From a virus: a stretch of 64,000 nucleotides of DNA. The translations under genes were made by a program, and so were the position numbers. The notes below the pieces were generated by a model. The model worked only from the letters and a program-made list of their open reading frames with translations, ran no database searches and had not been told where the DNA came from. How positions within the stretch are numbered: position 1 is the first letter of the stretch; each line of letters opens with the position of its first letter. Below, piece by piece: positions 16,910-24,272 of the stretch. The stretch is taken from the IMG/VR virus record IMGVR_UViG_3300037258_000147, positions 40,681-104,680 of that record, one strand, 5' to 3'.

Positions 16910-16955
16910 GTTTTATATTCCACGCCAACGAATTACTGTCATGGTTACTCCTAAA

Positions 16956-17030
16956 TGGCGGGACCGACGAGAATCAAACTCGCATCTTTCTCCTCGACAG
17001 GGAGACATCTTATCATTAGACTACGGTCCC
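16956..17030 (-). tRNA. tRNA-Asp(GTC)
   Basis: TCTCC-CTGTCGA-GGAGA arm, GCCA. Confidence 0.85.
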
Positions 17031-17033
17031 AAT

Positions 17034-17111
17034 TGGTTGCGGCTCTCGGGAGTTGAACCCGGTATCCCAAGGGTATGAGTCTTGGATGGTCATCCGTTCC
17101 ACTCAGCCGCA
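17034..17111 (-). tRNA. tRNA-Met(CAT), initiator-like acceptor
   Basis: TGCGGCT/AGCCGCA-ACCA, CTCATAC loop. Confidence 0.75.
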
Positions 17112-17726
17112 TCAAAATTTAAAAATTCCTGCATCATATTCCCAATGATGATTTGGACACAAGGGTAGGAGGTTATCAATATCATTGATCTCTCTTATCA
17201 AAGTGTCAGTAGAAAAAGAGGAAACTGATCTAATATGAGCAACGTCAACGTGATTCGAATACCCGCAAACACAGCATTTCTTCTCTTTACCCCCGTCTAG
17301 GTATGTCTGTCTGGCATGTCGTTGAATCGAACTTCTAGCAGATTGATACCCGCCTCTTCGACCAAACAACTCGCCTTTCGTCCACCCCGAAAGTTTCCCA
17401 GTTCTAGTTTTCTTTAAGCCTCGAACTTTCTTGCACTCTTCAGAACAAGTAAACTTTCTTTTAGGAACAGGAGCCCCACAGACCCGACATCTACGAGAAA
17501 TATTCTTGTTTCGTTTCCTTTTCTTAGGAAATTTTGCATTGTTAAAACTCGCAGAACAAGTTCTGTTACAGAACTTCTTTTGTCGAATTTCAGATACTTT
17601 CCTTTTTGGATCAATAGTAATCATTGACAAACAATGCTTACAAAAATTAGGGTTTGCTAAGTACCTTTCCTCCGCTCTCTGCCTTTGCAGTAAAGCGGAG
17701 ACTATCGAACCACTTGATTTTGCCAT
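17112..17726 (-). CDS. HNH endonuclease with Zn-finger repeats
   Basis: FCNRTC, CRVCG...TCSEEC, CCVCGY...VAHI......N...NLLPLCPNHHWEYD. Confidence 0.85.
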   Translation of the reverse strand: MAKSSGSIVSALLQRQRAEERYLANPNFCKHCLSMITIDPKRKVSEIRQKKFCNRTCSASFNNAKFPKKRKRNKNISRRCRVCGAPVPKRKFTCSEECKKVRGLKKTRTGKLSGWTKGELFGRRGGYQSARSSIQRHARQTYLDGGKEKKCCVCGYSNHVDVAHIRSVSSFSTDTLIREINDIDNLLPLCPNHHWEYDAGIFKF

Positions 17727-17805
17727 ACCTAAACGTAAGTTTCCTTTCTCGTATGTTTTATCATACCACAGAAGTCCAGATAATGGAAATCTTTTCTGTG
17801 AAAAA

Positions 17806-17892
17806 TGGTGGGTTGTGTAGGGCTTTAACCTACCATGCTCGAAGGAGCGCCACTTTTACAGAGTGGGAGCCGTACGCCCGGCAATACAACCC
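17806..17892 (-). tRNA. tRNA-Tyr(GTA)
   Basis: CCACT-CTGTAAA-AGTGG arm, long variable arm, CCA. Confidence 0.8.
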
Positions 17893-17897
17893 AAAAA

Positions 17898-17982
17898 TGG
17901 AGGAGAGCAGCCGAATCGAACGGCCATCCCGAAGGAGCCCCGGTTTTCAAGACCGGATGTATCACCATCAACAGTGCTCTCC
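17898..17982 (-). tRNA. tRNA-Ser(TGA), probable 8/4 fold
   Basis: GGAGAGCA/TGCTCTCC 8-bp acceptor, GCCG/CGGC 4-bp T-stem. Confidence 0.8.
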
Positions 17983-18065
17983 GAATATAACATGACAAGT
18001 TATAAAAAGTCAAGGTCCTATATATGGGTCGTTAATCCACTATACGACCTATATATGAACCAAAA

Positions 18066-18153
18066 TGGCGGAAGATGAAGTAATCGAAACCTTGTCCATT
18101 TAATGGACAGCATCGGGTTCGAGCCGATTTGACCGCCTTGGTCGCCATCTTCC
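18066..18153 (-). tRNA. tRNA-Ser(CGA), probable 8/4 fold; variable arm is the GTCC-N7-GGAC palindrome
   Basis: GGAAGATG/CATCTTCC, ATCGG-CTCGAAC-CCGAT, variable arm TGTCCA-TTAAA-TGGACA. Confidence 0.8.
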
Positions 18154-18189
18154 GTTAACTTGGCCATGTTAATTATCATGGCCGTGATA

Positions 18190-18277
18190 TGGCGGATGGG
18201 ACAGGACTCGAACCTGCACATGCTTTCACATGAGCCGACTTTCCAAGCCGGTGCGATACCGTTCCGCTCACCCATCC
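18190..18277 (-). tRNA. tRNA-Ser(GGA)
   Basis: CCGGC-TTGGAAA-GTCGG arm, CATGT-GAAA-GCATG variable arm. Confidence 0.85.
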
Positions 18278-18299
18278 AATTTTTACTGTACAGCAAATA

Positions 18300-18392
18300 T
18301 GGCGGAGAGTGAGGGCTTCGATCCCCCGTGTCCAAATAATGGACAGCCTCTGTTTAGCAAACAGGCACAATACCGGGCTCTGTCAACTCTCC
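18300..18392 (-). tRNA. tRNA-Ser(GCT); variable arm is the GTCC-N7-GGAC palindrome
   Basis: GGAGAGT/ACTCTCC, TTGCTAA loop, variable arm TGTCCA-TTATT-TGGACA. Confidence 0.85.
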
Positions 18393-18398
18393 AAAAAT

Positions 18399-18578
18399 TT
18401 AAACTTTCATTCTCCGGTAGTCTGTCCAAGCTTCTTTTCTTGTACTTCCTATTCCCAGAACTTGTTCCCAACGATCACGGCCTCCTATGGAATAGGGTTT
18501 GGGAGGCAAAAAACCACCAAAGCATACTACGAATCCACTGTTGTCTTCTAAACTACGGCAATAAACTTTGTCAGACAT
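18399..18578 (-). CDS. Small hypothetical protein
   Basis: MSDKVYCRS... with GGAG RBS. Confidence 0.5.
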   Translation of the reverse strand: MSDKVYCRSLEDNSGFVVCFGGFLPPKPYSIGGRDRWEQVLGIGSTRKEAWTDYRRMKV

Positions 18579-18591
18579 TGTTTCTCCAGCT

Positions 18592-18692
18592 TGGTGCGGC
18601 TTCGAGCCGTCAGCGCCAACGGTTGACTCTCCGTAAAACTTTCTTAGTCTAGACTTTGAGTCTAGCAATCTGGACCTTTCGCCGCCGGTCGC
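18592..18692 (-). pseudogene. Degenerate tRNA-Leu(CAA)-like sequence
   Basis: CTAGA-CTCAAAG-TCTAG arm and ACCA end, but poor acceptor and T arm. Confidence 0.4.
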
Positions 18693-18810
18693 CCAGTGGG
18701 GGTTTAGCGCCCAGATAACGCCCCTATCTCGTAACCGTGATTGGCCGCTCCACAATCCTTCGGACTCGGTTATTTGATAATCTATGTGTCAAACACAGTG
18801 CTAAGAAACT

Positions 18811-18886
18811 TGGTCCCCGCGCCCAGATTCGAACTGGGAAAATTACTGGGTTTGAGCCAGTCGCTCTGCCGTTTCGCTACGCGGGG
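18811..18886 (-). tRNA. tRNA-Leu(CAA) with short variable loop
   Basis: ACTGG-CTCAAAC-CCAGT arm, 6-nt variable loop. Confidence 0.8.
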
Positions 18887-18892
18887 GTGATA

Positions 18893-18978
18893 TGGTGGGC
18901 ACGGCGAGACTCGAACTCGCAATCGGTTTTACCCTTCCGGTTTCTAAGACCGGCGCTTTGCCATTTTGCTACGCGCCC
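18893..18978 (-). tRNA. tRNA-Leu(TAG)
   Basis: CCGGT-CTTAGAA-ACCGG arm, long variable arm. Confidence 0.85.
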
Positions 18979-18986
18979 GTAAAATA

Positions 18987-19062
18987 TGGAGGTCCAGATC
19001 GGACTCGAACCGACGATTAAGAGTTTTGCAGACTCTCGCATTTGCCGCTTTGCTACTGGACC
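18987..19062 (-). tRNA. tRNA-Cys(GCA)
   Basis: AGAGT-CTGCAAA-ACTCT arm, U73. Confidence 0.85.
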
Positions 19063-19063
19063 A

Positions 19064-19138
19064 TGGTGCGATAGGAGGGACTCGAACCCTCAGACGCTGG
19101 GTTTTAAATCCAGATGATTTGCCATTCTCTACTATCGC
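19064..19138 (-). tRNA. tRNA-Leu(TAA) with short variable loop
   Basis: TTTAAAA loop, 5-nt variable loop, CCA. Confidence 0.75.
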
Positions 19139-19162
19139 GTGTCCATTATTTGGACTAAATTT

Positions 19163-19390
19163 AACGTCAAACGTCGGAAAAGAAAACCGACAGGACAATA
19201 TTCGAAGTCCGATAAGCGAAGTCCAAAGTGCAGAAATGCTCCATACTTCCCGCGTCAATATGCAGTCGATTCTAAGAATCTAATATTAGCGGGCGTCACA
19301 AAGCGTCAATGCTGGCGGAGTGTTAACTCCAAGCGATCCTATTTTTTAGGTAGGGTCAGCCGGTTGTCCTTCTCTTCGGTTTGACGGGGA
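19163..19390 (-). ncRNA. ~230-nt structured RNA with 7-nt periodic tract, downstream of 19411..19980
   Basis: Closing helices CGTCAAAC/GTTTGACG, GAAGAGAAG/TTTCTTTTC, AGGACAA/TTGTCCT; heptamers TGCACTT TGGACTT CGCTTAT CGGACTT CGAATAT. Confidence 0.6.
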
Positions 19391-19410
19391 TGGCCGAGGC
19401 CGTCCCAAGC

Positions 19411-19980
19411 TTAGATGAGATCGTATTTCTTGAGGACAGTTTCTTCCTCTTCAGATAGTTCGATCTCATGTCTGATGTTCAAATCAAGTAGCTTGTCGCT
19501 TAGACTTTGCTTGCGCTTGCGGAGATCAGACACTTCCTTAAGATACGTCGGAATCCATCCTTGCGGAATAGCCCCCGTTGTGAAAGAGTTGGACCGAGGG
19601 GAATAGGAATTAACCGGTTGTTCCTTCTTCAGATCGGCGTGTGCTTCGAATAGCACGTTCTCGTCCGGAGCGAAAGACGAGACGGAAGCAAGAGGCTTCA
19701 AAACTGCGGCCAGTTTGTCAATATGGGCGACTTCGGAAAGAATCGCCGATACCCCCGCTTCGTGGCTCTCGTTCGAAACCTTCTGCCGGATCGAGTACAA
19801 TACCGCTAGCAAATATCGGGTCTTATCCAAAGCCGCTTGGAAAATACTCGCCGCGTGGATAATTGCCAGCTTGGGATCATCGTACTTCCCAATCGATACT
19901 TGGGTCGAAATCGAAGTTGACCCGATGCTCTCGTTGATCAACAATTGAAGTGCATTTGCTTTTCTCAGCGTTAGTTTCAT
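19411..19980 (-). CDS. All-helical/coiled-coil hypothetical protein (MKLTLRKANALQ type)
   Basis: 189 aa, GGAG RBS, heptad-like helices, C-terminal LSDKLLDLN...IEL. Confidence 0.8.
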   Translation of the reverse strand: MKLTLRKANALQLLINESIGSTSISTQVSIGKYDDPKLAIIHAASIFQAALDKTRYLLAVLYSIRQKVSNESHEAGVSAILSEVAHIDKLAAVLKPLASVSSFAPDENVLFEAHADLKKEQPVNSYSPRSNSFTTGAIPQGWIPTYLKEVSDLRKRKQSLSDKLLDLNIRHEIELSEEEETVLKKYDLI

Positions 19981-20014
19981 GACATTCTCCAGCTTTCGCT
20001 CGGGGTTTTAAAAT

Positions 20015-20130
20015 TTAGTGGTTGGTCAGGCGACTCCGTCTGATGTCGTTTCGGGGAATCCACTCGACTGGCTCGAACAGGTAACTGACCTCGTCCCTTG
20101 AGTTTCATACATCCGCGCTGCAACCACTAA
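20015..20130 (-). ncRNA. Structured 5' leader or small RNA
   Basis: 10-bp closing stem TTAGTGGTTG/CAACCACTAA, starting ~5 nt after an extended -10 TGTGG-TATAAT (20135-20145). Confidence 0.55.
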
Positions 20131-20164
20131 AGACATTATACCACAGATTTTTGTTTTGTGCGGA

Positions 20165-20707
20165 TCAGCAGAAAAGATATTTTTTCCACCGTTGGTCCTC
20201 ATCAAGTCCCACAAGTCTTAATAACATACGCGACGTGTGGATCGTTAGCCTACCTGGGATATGCAGCAACGGCATGTCTGCTTCTTCGGGGGTTCGATCC
20301 CCTTTCTTCAAATTACAAAATTTGCAGGCAGACGCTAGGTTATCCCAAAAAAATCCGCCGCCGCGAGACTCCGGAAGAATGTGATCTAGCGTCAAAACCA
20401 CTTTGGTGGGTTTACCATTTATGATTTTGATGGACCCCTCCTTTGCCCCGCAATACAAACACAAGTAGTGATCTCGTGCATATATGTTTGGCCGAGTCAA
20501 GAGCGAAATCCGAATAGGAATTTTTTTATAATTCCGGAGCCTGATAACGCAGGGCAAGGGGATTCCGGGGTAGACTTCAACTCCGTAGTCTTCTTCTGCT
20601 ACTGCCGCTCCTTTAACCAATAGCTTTAAAGCGTTCTTGGCCCGAGTGATTGAAACGGGCTCAAAACTCGCGTTCAAAACTAAAACAGCTTTATTAACCA
20701 GTGACAA
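20165..20707 (-). CDS. HNH endonuclease (McrA-like)
   Basis: VLVLNASFEP...RDHYLCLYCG...LTLDHILPESRGG...WDNL..ACKFCN.KKGDRTP. Confidence 0.9.
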   Translation of the reverse strand: MSLVNKAVLVLNASFEPVSITRAKNALKLLVKGAAVAEEDYGVEVYPGIPLPCVIRLRNYKKIPIRISLLTRPNIYARDHYLCLYCGAKEGSIKIINGKPTKVVLTLDHILPESRGGGFFWDNLASACKFCNLKKGDRTPEEADMPLLHIPGRLTIHTSRMLLRLVGLDEDQRWKKYLFC

Positions 20708-20732
20708 TTGGTTTCCTTCTTAAACTGAAACC

Positions 20733-20760
20733 ATTATACCACAGAATTCCGAAATGTCAA
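20733..20760 (-). promoter_or_regulatory. Sigma70-type promoter
   Basis: TTGACA-N16-TATAAT with TGTGG extension. Confidence 0.75.
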
Positions 20761-20976
20761 AATCATTCCATCATGGAACTAAAGAACCCAGTCTTTGTCC
20801 ATTTTATGGACTAAACTTTGTGAATGAGAAGCCCGTTCTCTACTCGTTCTGCTACTAACTTATACGAGCGAAAGGTACAGTAGACTTTATCTAATCCAGT
20901 GTGTTCAAGGAGTCCAACCATACTCTGAAAGTTTCAAGTTTAATAGGACGTGGTTTTCTTTCAAGTTTTTTAGCCA

Positions 20977-21198
20977 TTACGCCTCCAAAAAATATCCGCG
21001 CCTCAGCAACTCCCCGTACGCAAGTTGTCTAATGGCTTTGTCTGCTAGGTTAACATCATCTTGGTCGTTGCTTATCAACAATTTAAGGAGAATAACGTCG
21101 GAAGGTTCTTTGCACCGGAGAGCGGCTCGAACTTCGTCAGTCTTTCGAATTACCTTTTTGTGTCCAGCGACAAAGATTTTTCTTCTGTCGAATTTCAT
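20977..21198 (-). CDS. Hypothetical protein
   Basis: TAATG coupling to upstream gene. Confidence 0.55.
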   Translation of the reverse strand: MKFDRRKIFVAGHKKVIRKTDEVRAALRCKEPSDVILLKLLISNDQDDVNLADKAIRQLAYGELLRRGYFLEA

Positions 21199-21548
21199 TA
21201 CCAAATAGTCCTAAAAGCTCCGACTATAGCCAGACGCTTCATTTCTTTTTGCCACAAAAATCCGTGACCCGCGAAAACTCGGGTTGATTTTCCTTGCACT
21301 CTTAAATGTAGATGACACATCTCATGAAGCAGGGACTGGAGGGCACGACATTCGGCTCCCAATTTCTTCATCATAGGGTTTAAACAAATCTCTGTATCTT
21401 CCAGAGTATGAGTCCAAACTAAGAGTTGCGCGGCTCTTTTATGAGTAGTTTTGGAACTCCAGATTACAGCGGCATCTACAGGTAATTTATTCCCAAAGTA
21501 CCTTTTGTTGAAAATATCGTACTGCAACTTCAACCAACGATTAGTCAT
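21198..21548 (-). CDS. SprT-like zinc metalloprotease
   Basis: YDIFNKRYF...LLHEMCH...GHG..W. Confidence 0.8.
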   Translation of the reverse strand: MTNRWLKLQYDIFNKRYFGNKLPVDAAVIWSSKTTHKRAAQLLVWTHTLEDTEICLNPMMKKLGAECRALQSLLHEMCHLHLRVQGKSTRVFAGHGFLWQKEMKRLAIVGAFRTIW

Positions 21549-21859
21549 TGGGTAAGATACTCAACTAAACTTGGATTCTCTTGCAAGACCTGAAGCAGGA
21601 CCGGGGCCGTTGCAGTCACAAAATTTTCTTCATCAAACACATTACCAGGGACTTCTGAAATATCTCCGCAGGCGTGTAACAATTCGTGAACTAATATTTC
21701 CTGCGCTTTAGACCGTTTGAGTCTTTGAATTATCCATATTTCCAGGGAATTAGAATCTACGTGCCCGTTGTCATTTGGCATCGTACCTGCGGGCTTCCTT
21801 AAAATCGAGTAGGTGTGTGGACCTACTTTAACTGAAGCGGGCATGGGTTTGGGCTTCAT
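21545..21859 (-). CDS. HEXXH metallopeptidase-like phage protein
   Basis: PASVKVGPHTYSI...EILVHELLHA...EE.FV...LLQVL.ENP. Confidence 0.75.
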   Translation of the reverse strand: MKPKPMPASVKVGPHTYSILRKPAGTMPNDNGHVDSNSLEIWIIQRLKRSKAQEILVHELLHACGDISEVPGNVFDEENFVTATAPVLLQVLQENPSLVEYLTQ

Positions 21860-21938
21860 TGTCCGTCCAGAAAATGGAATTCTTTTTAAAGGCCAGAGAA
21901 TTACTCGGCCCCGCACAGATTTGTTTATTTTGTCAAAC

Positions 21939-22490
21939 TCAAACCACGAACACGTCTTTATGCGCGTTATAAGTCTGGATTACGGACAAGCTTCTTTTGG
22001 GATCAGTAGACCATCTGCTAGTATTAAACTGCCAGGAACCTGAGGGGAACGTCACTACCGGGTGGGATATAGTATCATTTAGGGTCCCCTGCTTAACCCA
22101 AGACGCCGAAACCAAACGGACAAAATCTTCGCCGGTAGTAGCTTCAAGAGCTTCTGAATAATAATTAGGCAGAGATTTTAAAACTCTGATCCGGGCAGAA
22201 AAGCAGTCCGCGTAAGATTCGAAGACCGGCCACTTCGCCGAGACCATTACTGAGACGCCGTGTAAAACCTCTCTGGTCTGGATTTCGTCTACTTGCCCAG
22301 TCCACCAGCCTGGTTGCTTTAAACCGAACACGTCTTTGTCCCTATAGGCCAACCCAGACTGTCCATTAACGGAGGAGTATGACGCAGATTCCAGAAAGGC
22401 TTCTGCCGCAGCGTATCCAGGAAACGGGTGGTCAGAAGTCTTGGCTTCTGAAACCATCAGGCGCGCGAATTCTAGTTCTGGTTCAGTCAT
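21939..22490 (-). CDS. GH73/FlgJ-like glucosaminidase (endolysin)
   Basis: AEAFLESA...GLA....VFGLK...TRE...F.SY.D......Y...STDP motifs. Confidence 0.75.
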   Translation of the reverse strand: MTEPELEFARLMVSEAKTSDHPFPGYAAAEAFLESASYSSVNGQSGLAYRDKDVFGLKQPGWWTGQVDEIQTREVLHGVSVMVSAKWPVFESYADCFSARIRVLKSLPNYYSEALEATTGEDFVRLVSASWVKQGTLNDTISHPVVTFPSGSWQFNTSRWSTDPKRSLSVIQTYNAHKDVFVV

Positions 22491-22581
22491 ACAAAATCCG
22501 AACAACTCATGTAGTAATTACAAACCGGACAGACTAGCTTGCATTTGAATTCGGTTAACGTACTGGAACAGTTGGGGCAAA

Positions 22582-22923
22582 TCAGGCAACATGCTCTAAT
22601 TCTATTTTTTCTATTTTTAGATTCTCGGGGGCCATCATCCGGTCTACCAGTTCGTCTATGTTCTTCCACCTCCCCAAACGCTTCAGGGACTCTAATCTGT
22701 GCCATGCTTTGAAAGTAGGAGACTCTACACATTTAAGAAAAGCCGCTTCCTTGTTCTTGCGTTGATCTCGACCGTCTCTGTGCTCGGCCCGGGCTCCGGA
22801 TTCGGGATGGATACATCGGACTCCGTTCTGCTTGGCGTTTCGGTGCTGACCGCCGTTACCTCCAGTGCAGAAGGTCTGAAACTCGAAGTTTTTTGCGGTC
22901 AAAGAAAATAATAGAGTTTTCAT
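22582..22923 (-). CDS. RF-1-domain (GGQ) peptidyl-tRNA hydrolase/ArfB-like protein
   Basis: GGNGGQHRNAKQNGVRCIHPESG...R.Q..NK..AF. Confidence 0.85.
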   Translation of the reverse strand: MKTLLFSLTAKNFEFQTFCTGGNGGQHRNAKQNGVRCIHPESGARAEHRDGRDQRKNKEAAFLKCVESPTFKAWHRLESLKRLGRWKNIDELVDRMMAPENLKIEKIELEHVA

Positions 22924-22924
22924 T

Positions 22925-23500
22925 TTCAGGTTCTTGTGTTAACTACTTAAATAACATTTGAATTCATTGTTATTTATTTAATTACTAATTTTTATTTTAA
23001 GTTGTTTGTTATCAGCGAGTCGATGATTAGGGGTTATTTAAATTTGGTGTTTACTATTTAAATAACATTGTTGTATTTCTGATTGGGGATTTCAAAAGTG
23101 TTTTCCCGAGTTTTTGGAGACTTTTTAAACTTTTTTGTTTATAACAAAGAAGTTAGGATGTGTTTATCAATTAGTTACTAGGGTCCACTGAGATGAAAGA
23201 GAGGTTGCTAGGTCACTGGTAGCCGCTCGGCACTCCTCAAGGGGGTTAGGCCGCCCGTACCTGGCTTCTCAATCTAGGGTCCCCTAAGTCTTTTGTACTG
23301 AGCAACTTAAAACCTTGTCGAGTGTACTACTAGACATACTCTCTGTCTATACCTCGACCTAGTTCCGTCACACTTTCGTCTCAATCGTGCGTATATCATT
23401 GATATAAAAGGCCGATTGATAACGAACGTTGTAGATGGCCGATTGGGCCGTCTGTCCGATACCCTAGTTGCTCTAGGCTATTCTGTAGAAAATATAGTCA
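22925..23500. other. AT-rich non-coding segment before the strand switch
   Basis: No ORF of 60 aa or more; very AT-rich at 22940-23160. Confidence 0.6.
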
Positions 23501-23507
23501 TGTAACC

Positions 23508-23753
23508 CTATCCCCGCGTCCCCAGGACATTAGGTCTATCCCCTGCTACCGTCTTAATGCGTGCTAATCGCGGTTTACGGTAGGCTTTAACCCGTTTGAT
23601 GGCGGACAGTTGACGTGTAGCGTCTAGTATCTGCTCTGTTGAGGACGTCATATCCTCTATTATCCTAATCAGAGCTAGTTCCATTCTTTGGGTTAGGGTT
23701 TTAGGCATTATGGGCGCTATAGGGTGCGTGCGGTAACGGGCTGGTAGAGCCAT
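23508..23753 (-). CDS. Hypothetical basic protein
   Basis: First leftward ORF from the divergence point; start uncertain. Confidence 0.4.
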   Translation of the reverse strand: MALPARYRTHPIAPIMPKTLTQRMELALIRIIEDMTSSTEQILDATRQLSAIKRVKAYRKPRLARIKTVAGDRPNVLGTRG

Positions 23754-23912
23754 TGCGGTTCGGCGCGGGAGTGGTCCCTGAATGTACGATAGTACGCGCG
23801 ATTGCCAGCCCGAGCTTAAGGTTGTCATATACTTATACGGTAATAGCGCGCGGATTTTTCACTATTCCGGTAGTTTTCCACAAACTATTTTCAAACTATT
23901 TTCAGAATTCGC

Positions 23913-23941
23913 TTGACACGTGGCTTGGACTAGCCTATATT
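23913..23941 (+). promoter_or_regulatory. Early sigma70-type promoter
   Basis: TTGACA-N17-TATATT at the start of rightward genes. Confidence 0.7.
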
Positions 23942-24209
23942 CGCTCTTGTCAGGCGCAGTTATGGCTTGCAGGGAATAGGAGTAAGAAGGGCACAAGCAA
24001 AGTCTTTCGACCCGTACGATTACGCGGTCGAGTTGGGAGCAACGGAATTCCGTGGGGGAATCAATTGGACTTGGGTAACCTTCACGGAAGAGGATACACG
24101 GCAGAAATTCGATGCCGAATGCAGGCGGAATGGTTATCGGGTCCGGGATTACGGCGAGTGTAAGACGCAATACCATCATTATCAAGACTAGGATGAAACC
24201 GGCCTAGTG

Positions 24210-24264
24210 CCGTAACGCGCCTATGTCCAGTCTCCAGTCTGGAATGAGAGAAAGCGGAGAGCGG
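24210..24264 (+). ncRNA. Putative twister (P1-type) ribozyme
   Basis: CCG-TAA-CGC...TCCAG-TCTCCAGT-CTGGA...GCG-GAGAG-CGG; P1/P2/P4 and L4-L1 pseudoknot TCTC/GAGA. Confidence 0.6.
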
Positions 24265-24272
24265 AGGAAAAC

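Noticed and set aside
9708-19384. Many 60-140 aa ORFs listed across the tRNA array
   Set aside because: They overlap well-formed tRNA genes and lack RBSs
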